This document shows positions 17,291 to 18,338 of a DNA stretch of 18,338 bases, piece after piece. Numbering within the stretch: the first letter of the stretch is position 1; each line of letters begins with the position of its first letter. Below the pieces are notes generated by a model. It saw only the letters and a program-made list of their open reading frames with translations, had not been told where the DNA came from and searched no databases. Made by a program: the position numbers and the translations under genes. This stretch comes from Octopus sinensis (lineage: Eukaryota): assembly GCF_006345805.1 (NCBI RefSeq), contig NW_021824520.1, positions 1-18,338 of the forward strand, given 5' to 3'.

Positions 17291-17532
17291 AAAAAATAGT
17301 ATATATTTTCATATTGATATATTTCGGGACGGTCATTTTTTTCTTACCTGATAAACACACGCACTGTATATTCGTTCTTCACTCTTTTCTTACTGTTCTT
17401 ATTTTATTTTATGCCCATTGTCCGGAAACCTTTCGGAGACGATGGACATAGGATAAAACAAGGTCAGTAATAAACGAATGAAGAACGAATGCATAACGCG
17501 TGTGTTTATTTACTCTCTCTCTCTCTCTCACA

Positions 17533-17753
17533 CTTTACTCTTTTACTTGTTTGAGACATGTGACTGCGGTCATGCTGGAACACCGCCTTTAGTCGAGCAA
17601 ATCGACCTCACGACTTATTCTTTGTAAGCCTAGTACTTATTCTATCGGCCTCTTTTTGCCGAACCGCTAAGTTACGGGGACGTAAACACACCAGCATCGG
17701 CTGTCAAGCGATGTTGGGGGGACAAACACAGACACACAAATACAGACACACAA

Positions 17754-17814
<61 letters not shown>

Positions 17815-17977
17815 TATATACGACGGGCTTCTTTCAGTTTCCGTCTACCAAATCCACTCACAAGGCATTGGTCGGCCCGAGGCTATAGTAGAGGACAATT
17901 TCCCTAGGTGTCACACAGTGTGGCTGAACCCGGAACCATGTGGTTGGTAAGCAAGCTACTTACCACACATCCACTCC
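17533..17977 (-). mobile_element. tRNA-derived SINE (family B), mirror of 10979-11362
   Basis: Full head-microsatellite-tail organisation on the minus strand. Confidence 0.85.
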
Positions 17978-18256
17978 GACCATCCCGAAATACAACAGTA
18001 TCTGTTTCGACACACGATTTCACATCAAGAATCTCGCGAAACAAATGCATAAACGTATATGTAAACAAACGTCTTTTGCTTTTGGAAGCCATGAATGTGT
18101 ATCGTAACATACAGACCAGAAAGTAATATTCCGAACCTGGTGTAGCTGTGAAAACTGCAGAAAGATTTGGGTGTATATGGCGGAAAAAGTTGTCAGCAGA
18201 CGACCACGTGACATAAGATAAAATAAGAACAATAATAAACAAGTGAAGAACGAGTA

Positions 18257-18338
18257 CGAGGTCGTATCAATAAGTATCCGGACTGTTTCCATAGTAACGA
18301 AGCTAAAGCACGCAGAGTGAAGCTGCTTGGAAAAGATT
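18257..18338 (+). mobile_element. Left end of mariner family M
   Basis: TA-CGAGGTCGTATCAATAAGTATCCGGACTG, a mariner-type TIR, mirror of 10730-10760. Confidence 0.8.

Larger units (their letters stand above)
15212..18338 (-). repeat. Right arm of large inverted duplication (runs off window end)
   Basis: The last bases reverse-complement to AATCTTTTCCAAGCAGCTTCACTCTGCGTG at 10677. This arm retains 198 bp (15538-15735) and 59 bp (18129-18187) absent from the left arm. Confidence 0.92.

Noticed and set aside
9297-18338. Palindromes as pure assembly or fold-back read artefacts
   Set aside because: The arms differ by many substitutions and private multi-base indels and show three-way relationships, unlike a chimeric read. 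Read-level confirmation is still needed.

Overview
AT-rich eukaryotic non-coding DNA made almost entirely of transposon debris and microsatellites, with no intact host gene and no CRISPR array. The SINE families look like those I recall from octopus genomes (recognition from memory, unverified). 1-8.9 kb is a stack of nested mobile elements: tRNA-derived SINEs (two with clean 12- and 16-bp TSDs), a full-length but disabled mariner (2171-3444), a mariner MITE, a non-autonomous Helitron (3857-4407), a Penelope-like GIY-YIG remnant and a SINE-interrupted hAT (ZnF-TTF/DUF4371) transposase fossil. Five minimal hammerhead-ribozyme-like motifs of the Penelope type lie between 1.1 and 5.2 kb; one has a canonical core and one sits in the tail of a tRNA-headed SINE. 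8.9-18.3 kb is a nested fold-back structure: a ~1.4-kb mariner-derived palindrome, a ~1.1-kb inner inverted repeat, and a ~3-kb inverted duplication (10677-13622 vs 15212-18338) that runs off the window end. All identities were estimated by eye.
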